64,000 bases of DNA from Thermotogota bacterium (GTDB lineage Bacteria > Thermotogota > Thermotogae > MWEM01): the NCBI GenBank assembly GCA_035447925.1, contig DAOTHY010000002.1:40248-104247 (forward strand), read 5' to 3'. Below the pieces are notes generated by a model. That model saw nothing but the letters and a program-made list of their open reading frames with translations, was not told the DNA's origin and did no database searches. Both the position numbers and the translations under genes were made by a program. Below are positions 9,427-18,502 of the stretch, one piece after another (position 1 is the stretch's first letter; the number at the start of each line of letters is the position of its first letter).

Positions 9427-11136
9427 TTACAGCTGCTCCATGATTTCAGGTGTACTGACTCCCAACAACATCAAAGCATCTTTGATAATCTTTCTTGTTG
9501 CAAAAGCTAAGGATAACCGTGCGTTTGATAATGAAGGGTTTTCAGGGTCAACAAACACATTAGCATTATAATATTGATGAAATTTCGATGCCAAATCATG
9601 AATGTAATTGGTTATTTTGTGTGGTGAGCTTGTTTGAATAGTCTCCAGCAGGGCATCGGTATACAGCATCAAATTCCTGATAAATAAAGCATCCTGCCTC
9701 GTAGTCAACAGATCAATATGCTTTCCAGGTTCAAATTTTATGCCTTTTGTCTGTGCATTGGCAATTAGGCTGCAAATTCTGGCGTAAGCATATTGAACAT
9801 AATAAACAGGATTGTCCATGGACGTGCTTTTAGCCAGATCAATGTCAAATATTAATTGTCCATCTTTATCTACCATGGCATAGAAATAACGAGTTGCATC
9901 CTTTCCAACCATTTCAACTAACTCATCTAAAGTAATGAAGGTGCCTTGTCTTGTTGACATTTTGATGACTTCACCGTTTTGTTTTAAAGTCACCATCTGG
10001 TGTAGAATCACATTAAAGAATGAATCTTCAAAGCCAAGTGCTTTCATAGCCGCTTTCATTCTCGGTATATGGCCATGATGATCAGCACCCCAGATATCAT
10101 ACACCTGACTAAATCCTCTCTCATGTTTTTTATAATGATTAGCAATGTCTGTGAAAAAATAAGTAGGCATGCCATCCGATCTGATCAACACTTTGTCTTT
10201 TTCGTCAATAAACTTTGAGACCTTTAACCAAAGAGCACCATCCATTTCATAAACTAAATCATGTTCCTGAAATATCTTTTTTACGGTTTCAACGGTTCCA
10301 TCGCTAAATAGTGATCCCTCAGAGAAGAAAACATCGAAATTGATGTTCATCCCGTCCAAAGTTTTTTTGATATGCTGGAACATTTCATCCTTTGCAGCTG
10401 TTAAAAAGACTTCTTCAATCTCTTCATTCCATTTTCCTTTGTACTTGTCTCCTACATCTTTTTGAACCCTTTTGGCAATATCGATGATGTAATCACCTTT
10501 GTAACCACCCTCCGGAATATCTTCAGTAATACCGTACAATTCATTGTAACGAATAGAGACAGATTTTGCAAGCAGTTTCATTTGTCTGCCGGCATCATTA
10601 AAATAGTATTCTCTGATGACTTGAAAACCAAAACGCTTGTAGATAGATGCCAAAACATCGCCGATAACAGCCTGACGGCCATGCCCGACTGTTAGAGGGC
10701 CTGTGGGATTAGCACTAACAAACTCCAGTTGTATCTGTTGACCATTCCCCAAATTGGCTTTAAAATACTGTTCAGTTTCTTGATTAATCATTTCTGATAG
10801 TTTTTTCTGATAAAATGCATCAGACATGAACAAGTTGATAAATCCAGGTCCGGCTATTTCAATCTTTTGGACATCCTGGTTCTCTTGAAGAAAAACAGCG
10901 ATTTTTTCTGCTAATTTCCTTGGAGAAGTTTTTACTGTTTTGGCATTGATCATGGCTACATTGGTTGAAAAATCACCAAAATCATCGTTTGGAGGAATTT
11001 CTACCCGAAATGAAAGATCAAATCCTTCATCTATTTTACTAATCGTTTCTTTGATCATTTCATAAATATTTTCTTTAATTATCCTTGGATTCTCTTTAAT
11101 CCCCCCAAAGGAATTGTTTTCCATCTTTGATGTCAT
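9427..11136 (-). CDS. argS: Arginine--tRNA ligase
   Basis: Class I aaRS with HIGH-type motif (PTGPLTVGHGRQ) and C-terminal DALR anticodon-binding region. Start moved to the internal ATG (11136, MTSKMENN...) located 1 nt after the upstream stop (TGACATG). Confidence 0.88.
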   Translation of the reverse strand: MTSKMENNSFGGIKENPRIIKENIYEMIKETISKIDEGFDLSFRVEIPPNDDFGDFSTNVAMINAKTVKTSPRKLAEKIAVFLQENQDVQKIEIAGPGFINLFMSDAFYQKKLSEMINQETEQYFKANLGNGQQIQLEFVSANPTGPLTVGHGRQAVIGDVLASIYKRFGFQVIREYYFNDAGRQMKLLAKSVSIRYNELYGITEDIPEGGYKGDYIIDIAKRVQKDVGDKYKGKWNEEIEEVFLTAAKDEMFQHIKKTLDGMNINFDVFFSEGSLFSDGTVETVKKIFQEHDLVYEMDGALWLKVSKFIDEKDKVLIRSDGMPTYFFTDIANHYKKHERGFSQVYDIWGADHHGHIPRMKAAMKALGFEDSFFNVILHQMVTLKQNGEVIKMSTRQGTFITLDELVEMVGKDATRYFYAMVDKDGQLIFDIDLAKSTSMDNPVYYVQYAYARICSLIANAQTKGIKFEPGKHIDLLTTRQDALFIRNLMLYTDALLETIQTSSPHKITNYIHDLASKFHQYYNANVFVDPENPSLSNARLSLAFATRKIIKDALMLLGVSTPEIMEQL

Positions 11137-11137
11137 G

Positions 11138-11479
11138 TCATTCACCCTTTCTCTCCTCAATAAGTCCAAATTCAACCTTTTTCCAACCATATCTATTTTG
11201 AATTTCTTTCGAATATTCAACGTGATAAATATCCACAAAAACACTTGGAATGATTTCATATGTTCTGTCTTTTTGAAGATGATTCTCTTTGATATAGTGT
11301 TCCTTTGATGTAAGAATTTCCGTTATCCGACCTCTTTCATCGATTAATTCATCTGTTAATTTTATGTATTGATTAGCCGTTTCGAATCCTTTAAAAATCA
11401 TCAACATGCAAATCGTTGAAATGGCAACAGCCACAAGCATGTCAACAAAGATAAAGAAACCGGACCTTTTAGATTTCAT
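11138..11479 (-). CDS. Prepilin-type (type IV pilin / pseudopilin-like) protein
   Basis: Class III signal peptide: short basic leader MKSKRSG followed by FFIFVDMLVAVAISTI (G|FxxxE/D-type cleavage site plus hydrophobic helix). Small protein (~113 aa). The ORF-track start at 11569 was rejected because the prepilin leader would be buried. Confidence 0.5.
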   Translation of the reverse strand: MKSKRSGFFIFVDMLVAVAISTICMLMIFKGFETANQYIKLTDELIDERGRITEILTSKEHYIKENHLQKDRTYEIIPSVFVDIYHVEYSKEIQNRYGWKKVEFGLIEERKGE

Positions 11480-11590
11480 ACTCATACAAAAATTCTTTGA
11501 CAAAAAAAACATCCCACCCTCTTCTTGAGAGAAGAAAGCTCTTACTTTGTTATTATACATTAAAAACACCCCATATTCAGCATATCCTTT

Positions 11591-13690
11591 TCAGTTTAAA
11601 CGATATGACTTTTCACTTTTTTCATTCAAGAATTTCTGTGTTTTTTCAATATAATAAAGAGCCAAGGCCTCCTGAGATTCGATAGAAGGTTTTCCCTGAT
11701 GCTTCAAAATGACATAATCGCCATTTTCTTTTTGTATTCTGGCCTTCACATTATCCGAAATCATTAGTTCAAGCACTTCCTTTATCTCTTCTTTTAAATC
11801 CGTTTCTTCGATTGGAAACATGGTTTCTACCCTTCTGTCCAGATTTCTCGGCATCCAATCCGCACTGGACAAATATATTTTTGGGTTTCCACCATTTTCA
11901 AAGTAATAGACCCGGCTATGCTCCAAGTACCTACCCACAATACTATATACCCTTATATTTTCACTCAAATCTTTTATGCCGGATTTCAAGGCACAAATCC
12001 CCCTTACAATGAGATCGACTTCGACGCCTGCCATTGAAGCCCGATATAAAGCTTTGATAATCTCTTTGTCAAGCAAAGCGTTATTTTTGCAAATAATCCT
12101 ACCAATCCCATTTTCTTGGACAGATTGAATTTCATTTTCGATGAGCTGAATAAACTCATCTCTTAATCCTGATGGAGCCACAGAAAACTTCTTCCATTCG
12201 GGTGGTTGAGAATAACCGGTGAGCACATTGAATAAAGCTGATGCATCTGCACCAAAACTCTCACGTGAAGTAAACATGCCAATATCCGTGTACAGTTTAG
12301 CAGTCTTGTCGTTATAATTTCCTGTTGAAAGATGCACATAACGTTTGATGCCGTCCGCTTCTTTTCTTACGACAAGAAGTATCTTACAGTGTGTTTTTAA
12401 GCCAACTAAACCGTATACCACATGACATCCTGATTTTTCGAGTCTTTTTGCCCATTGAATGTTATTTTCCTCATCAAATCTGGCTTTTAATTCCACTAAA
12501 ACGGTTACTTGCTTTCCGTTTTCGGCAGCTTTGATTAGAGTTTTTACAATTGGAGAGTTACCGCTAACTCTATAAAGGCTTTGCTTGATGGCTAAAACAG
12601 TAGGGTCTTCGGCTGCCTCTTCAAGGAATTCAATAACCGGTTTAAAAGATTGATAAGGATGATGAAGGAGAATATCCCTTTTCTTGATCACGTCAAATTT
12701 ACTTTTCTTAGCCATGAAATCAACAGTCTGTTGAGGAATAACCGGCTTGTACTTCAAGCTTTCATAACTTTCTATTGTTGAAATATCCATAAATGAAGAA
12801 AGGTCAATTGGACCATTTATTTCATATAATTCGTCCTTATCCAAAGGCATCATGGAATATAAGATATCGCTGATAACTGAAGAGGGGTTTTTCTCAATCT
12901 CTAATCGAACCGGAAATCCCCTTTCCCTTTGCCTAAGTGATTTTTCAATTTCTTCCAATAAATCACTGGCTTCCTCTTCATCAATACTTAAATCGGAATT
13001 CCTGGTTAAACGAAAAGGGTGAATGCTAATCATTTTGTATCCACTAAACATTTTCTTTGCAAATAATTTGATAATTTTCTCCATGCTTATATAACTTAAC
13101 CTTTTTTCCTGATCACGATCGAATAATTTAATGAAACGAGGTAAAATGGATGGCACCTGGACAATTGCAAGCAATTTCTCTTTTTTCTCATTTTCAATGA
13201 TGACGGCTTGATTCAAGCTTTTATTAAGAATCTGAGGGAAAGGTCTGCCCTGATCGATGGCCATAGGAGTTAAAACCGGATAAACAGTTGAATTAAAATA
13301 ATCATTCAAAATAGCATATTGCCGTTCATCCAAATCCTCCTCGCTTAAAAAAACAATCCCTTCTTTTCGAAGTTGTGGCAGGATCAGCTGATTAAGACAA
13401 TGATACTGTTTTTTTACGAGCTGATGGACTTTTTTTGAGACTGCTTCCAGCTGCTCTTTAGCAGAAAATCCAGCTGCATCTTTTCCTGCATATCCAACGC
13501 TAACCAGTTCTTTTAAACCGGCCACTCTAATCATGAAAAATTCATCCAAATTTGATCCGGTGATTGCAAGAAATTTTAATCTTTCTAAAAGAGGGTTGGT
13601 TTTTGAGAACGCCTCATCCAAAACACGCTCATTGAATGCCAACCAACTCAGCTCTCTATTGAAATAATACTCATATGAATCTAAATTCAC
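11591..13690 (-). CDS. ppk: Polyphosphate kinase 1
   Basis: ~700 aa, PPK1 N-terminal 'YFNRELSWLAFNERVL', two PLD-like HKD-type domains (HxK...), typical PPK1 architecture. Confidence 0.92.
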   Translation of the reverse strand: MNLDSYEYYFNRELSWLAFNERVLDEAFSKTNPLLERLKFLAITGSNLDEFFMIRVAGLKELVSVGYAGKDAAGFSAKEQLEAVSKKVHQLVKKQYHCLNQLILPQLRKEGIVFLSEEDLDERQYAILNDYFNSTVYPVLTPMAIDQGRPFPQILNKSLNQAVIIENEKKEKLLAIVQVPSILPRFIKLFDRDQEKRLSYISMEKIIKLFAKKMFSGYKMISIHPFRLTRNSDLSIDEEEASDLLEEIEKSLRQRERGFPVRLEIEKNPSSVISDILYSMMPLDKDELYEINGPIDLSSFMDISTIESYESLKYKPVIPQQTVDFMAKKSKFDVIKKRDILLHHPYQSFKPVIEFLEEAAEDPTVLAIKQSLYRVSGNSPIVKTLIKAAENGKQVTVLVELKARFDEENNIQWAKRLEKSGCHVVYGLVGLKTHCKILLVVRKEADGIKRYVHLSTGNYNDKTAKLYTDIGMFTSRESFGADASALFNVLTGYSQPPEWKKFSVAPSGLRDEFIQLIENEIQSVQENGIGRIICKNNALLDKEIIKALYRASMAGVEVDLIVRGICALKSGIKDLSENIRVYSIVGRYLEHSRVYYFENGGNPKIYLSSADWMPRNLDRRVETMFPIEETDLKEEIKEVLELMISDNVKARIQKENGDYVILKHQGKPSIESQEALALYYIEKTQKFLNEKSEKSYRLN

Positions 13691-13694
13691 TTGC

Positions 13695-15218
13695 TCACTC
13701 CTTTATTATTTCAGGCTTTAAGCCAAATACATCTTCAAAAAATTCAGATTTTGTTTCTATTGACCATTTTTCCAACATTATTCTCTGATCGGATAGAATC
13801 TTTAGCCTCAATTTTCTGCTTTTCATCTGAAGTTTAATGTCTTTTACCTTACTGGCATGAGACCGATCGAGGGCGTCGGCAATCCTTAAAATAGCCAACA
13901 ATTTTGCAATGATCAAACGATCTGCCGGTTCCATCTTCTGTAAGTTAATATCATCAGATAATAAGAATTTCGTACTGTGGTATTTAGCAACCAAAGCAAC
14001 TATTTCTGTTTCTCTTTGATCCAATCCCAATAATTCTGTTCCCCGAATAATATTTGCCGAATGTTGAGAATGGTTTTTCAGTTGAATAAACTTACCAATG
14101 TCATGTAATATAGCTGACAATTGGAGTAACAAGCGATATCTTTTTTCTAAACGGTGTTTGATCTTGAGTAAATCGAATAGAATTAAAGACAATTTTTCTA
14201 CCTGGTTGGCATGTTCTTCATCATAAAGAAAACGCATACCTAAATTTTTTGCAGAAATAACCGTGCTCTCGGCAAAAACTTCACTGATTTCCAGATAATC
14301 TTTGTTTGAAAACATCTCCAGTAAAATGGCTTCTGAAAGTTTTACCGGTACTGAGATGATCGTACTGACTTTGACGATATCAAAAAACATTTTATAAATA
14401 CCCATTGACGGTAAAAGTGATTCCAAATCATAATCCGGCAACTTAAATTTTCTGCCGATCTGCTCAGGGGTGTTTGTTTTAATTTTATCGAACAAATCCG
14501 TAATCGTTTTTACGGGGATCGCTTGGAAATTATTCTTAGTGTATTCACCAGTCATTTTGATCATATTTTCTATCTCTTGGCCGCAAGTTATAAAATGCTC
14601 TACTTGATCGATATTGGGTATGGTTTTTATGGTCTTAACAAAGCTGCTTAAGTATTCGTTGATGATATGATAAGTATTTTCGGAATCTGTTTGAAAGCTT
14701 TTTAAAATCTCAAGCAGTTTAACGGAACCGATTCGAACATTCTGGGAGTAGGTTATTTTTCTGTCCTTACAGATTGCTATTCCCAAACTCCCAGTTCCTA
14801 TATAACCTAAAAACAAACGGTTGTTTATAAATTCACTGTTGTTGATTCTAAGCAACATCGCTTTGTAGATGATGGATTTTTCCTGAGGATCATCTAAAAC
14901 CAGAACGTCGAAATTCGTTTTGCTTTTAATTTGATCCAAAATAAAAGTAATATTAGTGGCTTCACGTAAGGCGGTTGTTCCCACAACCTTAACTTTTTTT
15001 ACTGCATAGTCTCTCATCAGCTGCCTATAGTTTTCAAGGATCTTACAAATTTTATCAACTTTTTTAAAACTAATCCTACCCTCATTAAAGGTGTCTTGTC
15101 CGATACTCAACGGTTGAAAAAGGAATTCAAGCCTTTTGACTATTCCGCTTTTTGATTCGGAGATATTCAAATAAACACCCTCAGATGCAATACTGATTAC
15201 CGCTGCTATATCTGCCAT
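13695..15218 (-). CDS. ppx: Exopolyphosphatase / guanosine pentaphosphate phosphohydrolase (Ppx/GppA) with C-terminal HD domain
   Basis: ASKHSD actin-like fold N-terminus (IDIGSGS-like 'YIGTGSLGI'). C-terminal HD motif 'LSAILHDIGKFI'. ATG at 15218 overlaps the upstream stop (TAATG). Confidence 0.85.
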   Translation of the reverse strand: MADIAAVISIASEGVYLNISESKSGIVKRLEFLFQPLSIGQDTFNEGRISFKKVDKICKILENYRQLMRDYAVKKVKVVGTTALREATNITFILDQIKSKTNFDVLVLDDPQEKSIIYKAMLLRINNSEFINNRLFLGYIGTGSLGIAICKDRKITYSQNVRIGSVKLLEILKSFQTDSENTYHIINEYLSSFVKTIKTIPNIDQVEHFITCGQEIENMIKMTGEYTKNNFQAIPVKTITDLFDKIKTNTPEQIGRKFKLPDYDLESLLPSMGIYKMFFDIVKVSTIISVPVKLSEAILLEMFSNKDYLEISEVFAESTVISAKNLGMRFLYDEEHANQVEKLSLILFDLLKIKHRLEKRYRLLLQLSAILHDIGKFIQLKNHSQHSANIIRGTELLGLDQRETEIVALVAKYHSTKFLLSDDINLQKMEPADRLIIAKLLAILRIADALDRSHASKVKDIKLQMKSRKLRLKILSDQRIMLEKWSIETKSEFFEDVFGLKPEIIKE

Positions 15219-16201
15219 TATTTCTCCTGAGAAATCATTCTTTCTTCTACAAGCGTTAGAGCGCCATAAAGGCATGCATCATCACCCAAGGTTGATAGTT
15301 CAAAAGAACAATCATCTGTGGCATGTGGCACACAGTAACGATTGACATGAGATTTGATCTTGTGGATAAAATCGTTACCCAAAGCCTCAACAAGTCCTCC
15401 ACCAAATACAACCATTTCTGGATTGATGATATTCAAAGTAGAAGCTACAGCAATGCCTAAATACTTCGCAGCAATTTCCAACGCCTCTACCATACATTCA
15501 TCACCTTTATCTAAAGCCTCTTTGATATCAGAACTTCTTAATATATATTTCGAGTGCTGTTTATCGATCTCTTCTTTTAAAACGCATTCTCTACCATGCC
15601 TTATTTGAGCTTTTATATACTTTAATATCCCGGTCTTTGAAGAGTAACTCTCTAAACAACCCCTTGAACCGCATCCACAAATAATTCCATCCGGATTTAA
15701 GGTGATGTGCCCAATTTCTCCGGCAAGACCAATATGTCCGGTATAAATCTTTGAATTTAAAATCAAGCCACCACCAACACCGGTCCCGATAAAAAAGCCA
15801 ACCGTGTTCACCGTGTTTTTTGCTACGCCATGACCCCATTCTCCTAACAGAGAAACATTCGCATCATTGCCAATTATTACAGGAATATTGAAGTTTTTTT
15901 CAATTTCATCAGCAAGCGGATAGTGATTCCAAGGAATGTTGGGTGTAAATAGAACCACTCCATCTTTGATTACACCAGGTACACCTGCGCCAATTGCCAC
16001 ACATTCTAAATTGGATTCTGCTGCAGTTTCCAGTAATTTTGAAATAACTTTGATTATTTGATCAAGTATTTTTTCAATGCCATCATGTGTTTTCGTTGAT
16101 TTCTTCTTTTTATCTATTAAATTAAAATCCTGATCGAACAAAGCTCCGAGTACCTTTGTTCCACCAATATCCAAGGCAATAATTGATTTTTTCATTTTCA
16201 T
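15218..16201 (-). CDS. ROK-family sugar kinase (glucokinase; possibly polyphosphate-dependent)
   Basis: ROK signature: N-terminal 'ALDIGGTKV', zinc-binding 'GHITLNPDGIICGCGSRGCLE'. Translationally coupled to ppx-ppk. Confidence 0.85.
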   Translation of the reverse strand: MKMKKSIIALDIGGTKVLGALFDQDFNLIDKKKKSTKTHDGIEKILDQIIKVISKLLETAAESNLECVAIGAGVPGVIKDGVVLFTPNIPWNHYPLADEIEKNFNIPVIIGNDANVSLLGEWGHGVAKNTVNTVGFFIGTGVGGGLILNSKIYTGHIGLAGEIGHITLNPDGIICGCGSRGCLESYSSKTGILKYIKAQIRHGRECVLKEEIDKQHSKYILRSSDIKEALDKGDECMVEALEIAAKYLGIAVASTLNIINPEMVVFGGGLVEALGNDFIHKIKSHVNRYCVPHATDDCSFELSTLGDDACLYGALTLVEERMISQEK

Positions 16202-16299
16202 CCCACCTTTCTTGTCTTTAAAATTATAGCATATGACATTTTCTCATTTACTTGAAATGAAAGCTGGAGAAATTATCAAAAATTGCTATTGATATATAG

Positions 16300-16345
16300 G
16301 TTGAAGAATCAACATGAATTGAACATGTTATAATCTGTTGAATTT
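16300..16345 (+). promoter_or_regulatory. Putative sigma70-type promoter with extended -10 (TGTTATAAT) driving the 16361 gene; divergent intergenic region
   Basis: 'ATGTTATAAT' extended -10 about 25 nt upstream of SD GGGGAGGTGA and ATG 16361. No strong -35. Confidence 0.4.
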
Positions 16346-16360
16346 TGGGGAGGTGATTGA

Positions 16361-17173
16361 ATGATCGAAAATAACGATTTTTTAAACGAAAGAGAAGAAT
16401 TAAATGCTTTTGTGATGAAATATGCAGGAAAAGAACTGAAAAGATTTTTCAGCTTAGATTCTCAAATGTATCGAGAAGGTGCCTTAGATAGTGGTACTAA
16501 AGAAATGCTTGGCTTAGTTGCATCAACTGTTTTAAGATGCGATGATTGTATTAAATACCATATTATTAGATGTATAGAGGAAAAGATCAAACCGGACCAG
16601 ATCCAAGAGTGCCTTTCAATAGCAGCAATGGTGGGCGGTTCGATTGTCATTCCTCATATGAGACGTGCGTTTAAATTTTTAGATGAAACGCTTGAAAAGA
16701 TACCCAAGTTGACAAACCCTCTGTTTCTTTCTGTGTTAAGTACGGTTAGAAAGATCATTTCCGGAACTGATGAACGCATTGATAAGATGCAGGGCATTTG
16801 CAAAATTCTAAACGAAAGAATTGAGTACTACGATTGGGTTGGTTTTTATCTGGTGGATCCGTTAAAAGAACGTGAATTGATTTTGGGGCCTTTTGTTGGT
16901 GCTCCTACCGAACATTTGAGGATCAAATTTGGTGAAGGAATTTGTGGACAAGCTGCTGAACAAGAAATCAGTTTGATTGTTCCGGATGTCAATGTGGAAA
17001 CCAATTACCTCTCATGCAGTCCAGAGGTAAAATCAGAAATCTTAAGTCCTATCTTTAAAAATAAAAAGGTTGTAGGAGAAATAGATATTGATTCGCATAC
17101 TGTCAATCCTTTTACTGATGAAGATCGCATTTTCTTGGAAAAAGTTGCTGAACTATGCTCTTCCCTGTTCTAA
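16361..17173 (+). CDS. Fusion protein: carboxymuconolactone decarboxylase/AhpD-like domain + GAF domain of free methionine-(R)-sulfoxide reductase (fRMsr) type
   Basis: N-terminal 'RCDDCIKYHIIRC' CxxC...H AhpD/CMD signature. C-terminal GAF with fRMsr-like motif 'GEGICGQAAEQ...IVPDV...SEILSPI...GEIDIDS'. Confidence 0.7.
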   Translation: MIENNDFLNEREELNAFVMKYAGKELKRFFSLDSQMYREGALDSGTKEMLGLVASTVLRCDDCIKYHIIRCIEEKIKPDQIQECLSIAAMVGGSIVIPHMRRAFKFLDETLEKIPKLTNPLFLSVLSTVRKIISGTDERIDKMQGICKILNERIEYYDWVGFYLVDPLKERELILGPFVGAPTEHLRIKFGEGICGQAAEQEISLIVPDVNVETNYLSCSPEVKSEILSPIFKNKKVVGEIDIDSHTVNPFTDEDRIFLEKVAELCSSLF

Positions 17174-17194
17174 ACTGAAAACTCATATATAAAA

Positions 17195-17225
17195 AACAGA
17201 CGGAGCAATCCCCGTCTGTTTTTTA
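17195..17225. terminator. Bidirectional rho-independent terminator between convergent genes
   Basis: A-run, 9-bp stem AACAGACGG / CCGTCTGTT with 8-nt loop, followed by TTTTTT. Located between the stops at 17173 (+) and 17223 (-). Confidence 0.65.
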
Positions 17226-18002
17226 TTTGGTTTTAACCCAATACAAGCTGCAATCTGGTTTTCGCTCCATAAACCCATATTCTATAAGATATCTTCTTAA
17301 GAGTGGAAAATCAGGGTATATAGCCTGTAACTTTTGATTTAATTCCTTTTCGGTGTATGTTATATCAGTCTTGAGTTCATTGACTATTTTTAATAAAATA
17401 ATCAATTTCTCTTTTTCTTTTGTTGGAAATCTTTTAAGTTGACCTTGTGTATCAAATAATTTTTCAATACACTTTTTTCGTTCTGCTTCAGTAATTGCAT
17501 ATCTTTCATCCACTTGTTTTGCTGTATGATGAAAATCAATCATCTTTTGACTGATATCTGCATTCGTTTCAACCATCTCATAAAGGGTTAAAAACACTTT
17601 GGCTTGTTTGGCTTTTTCCTTTAATCTAAACCGATGATTTCTGACATTTGATTTGGTAATATTCAAAGAATGAGAAATAGTCAAATCATCTTCGCCCCGG
17701 TAAAAGTCTTTCAGTAAATTGATTTGAACGTCACTCAAACCGGTGTATTTCTTATCCATTGAGAGTAAGAAATGAAACATTCCACCATGAACCGACTCAA
17801 CATGATGCATCATTTTCGTCATTGCATCCATCATCTCATCGTTGTCTTTGTAAATATAACCTTTTTGATAAGACCTTCCGCAAATCAGACAAACAAATCT
17901 TTCATTTTCACTATCATAAGTATATCCTTTTTTTAAATCTTCCTGTGCAGCATTCCAAAAATAATCAATTGTACTTTTCATAAATATCATCTCCACAAAC
18001 AT
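17223..18002 (-). CDS. Putative transcriptional regulator: N-terminal zinc-ribbon (CxxC...HxxxxH), sigma70-region-4-like HTH, C-terminal DUF2087-like domain
   Basis: 'CLICGRSY...MMHHVESVH' zinc-finger-like. 'LSDVQINLLKDFYRGEDDLTISHSLNITKSNVRNHRFRLKEKAK' matches the ECF/sigma-region-4 HTH pattern. The DUF2087 assignment is tentative. Confidence 0.45.
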   Translation of the reverse strand: MFVEMIFMKSTIDYFWNAAQEDLKKGYTYDSENERFVCLICGRSYQKGYIYKDNDEMMDAMTKMMHHVESVHGGMFHFLLSMDKKYTGLSDVQINLLKDFYRGEDDLTISHSLNITKSNVRNHRFRLKEKAKQAKVFLTLYEMVETNADISQKMIDFHHTAKQVDERYAITEAERKKCIEKLFDTQGQLKRFPTKEKEKLIILLKIVNELKTDITYTEKELNQKLQAIYPDFPLLRRYLIEYGFMERKPDCSLYWVKTK

Positions 18003-18121
18003 TATATCATATAATCTCTACATACGCAAACAATATAAGTATAAGTTAGTAGATAATACTTTTTTCGTTTTTTTTCTTTTTTATGATATATTCAACTAAA
18101 TCATTTACTGTGAGGGTGAAT

Positions 18122-18502
18122 ATGAGAGAGTTGGAGCTCTTCTTTATTTGTGCAGTTTTTATTTGTGGTTTTTTTGGTGTTTATTATACAAAAAACATGA
18201 TCAAAAAACTTCTAATGCTGGGTGTCATGAATGTAGCAACGATCGGTATTTTTTTGTTTATCGGATCTACACACTCAATCATCCCGCCTATTCTTTCAGG
18301 AGACCCACTCATCATCAGCAATCATTCATTCTCAGATCCCCTACCGCAGGCATTAGTACTAACAGCTGTAGTGATTGGGTTTGCGACACAGTCTCTTTCA
18401 TTAGTTTTTGTGATGTTCCTATCAAAGAACTATCAAACCATCGAAGAAGATAAAATAGAAAAATTAGTAGAAGAGGAAAGGAAGAGCGATCTTGAATCCT
18501 GA
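18122..18502 (+). CDS. Mrp/Mnh antiporter subunit C-like (NuoK-like) small membrane protein
   Basis: Three TM helices, 'PLPQALVLTAVVIGFA' typical of MrpC/NuoK. Start moved to ATG 18122, preceded by GAGGGTGA. Confidence 0.7.
   Translation: MRELELFFICAVFICGFFGVYYTKNMIKKLLMLGVMNVATIGIFLFIGSTHSIIPPILSGDPLIISNHSFSDPLPQALVLTAVVIGFATQSLSLVFVMFLSKNYQTIEEDKIEKLVEEERKSDLES

Noticed and set aside
11480-11569. Upstream extension of the prepilin-like ORF (MFLMYNNKVRAFFSQEEGG…)
   Set aside because: It would bury the class III signal peptide 30 residues inside the protein. Prepilin leaders are short, so the internal Met giving MKSKRSG|FF was preferred.
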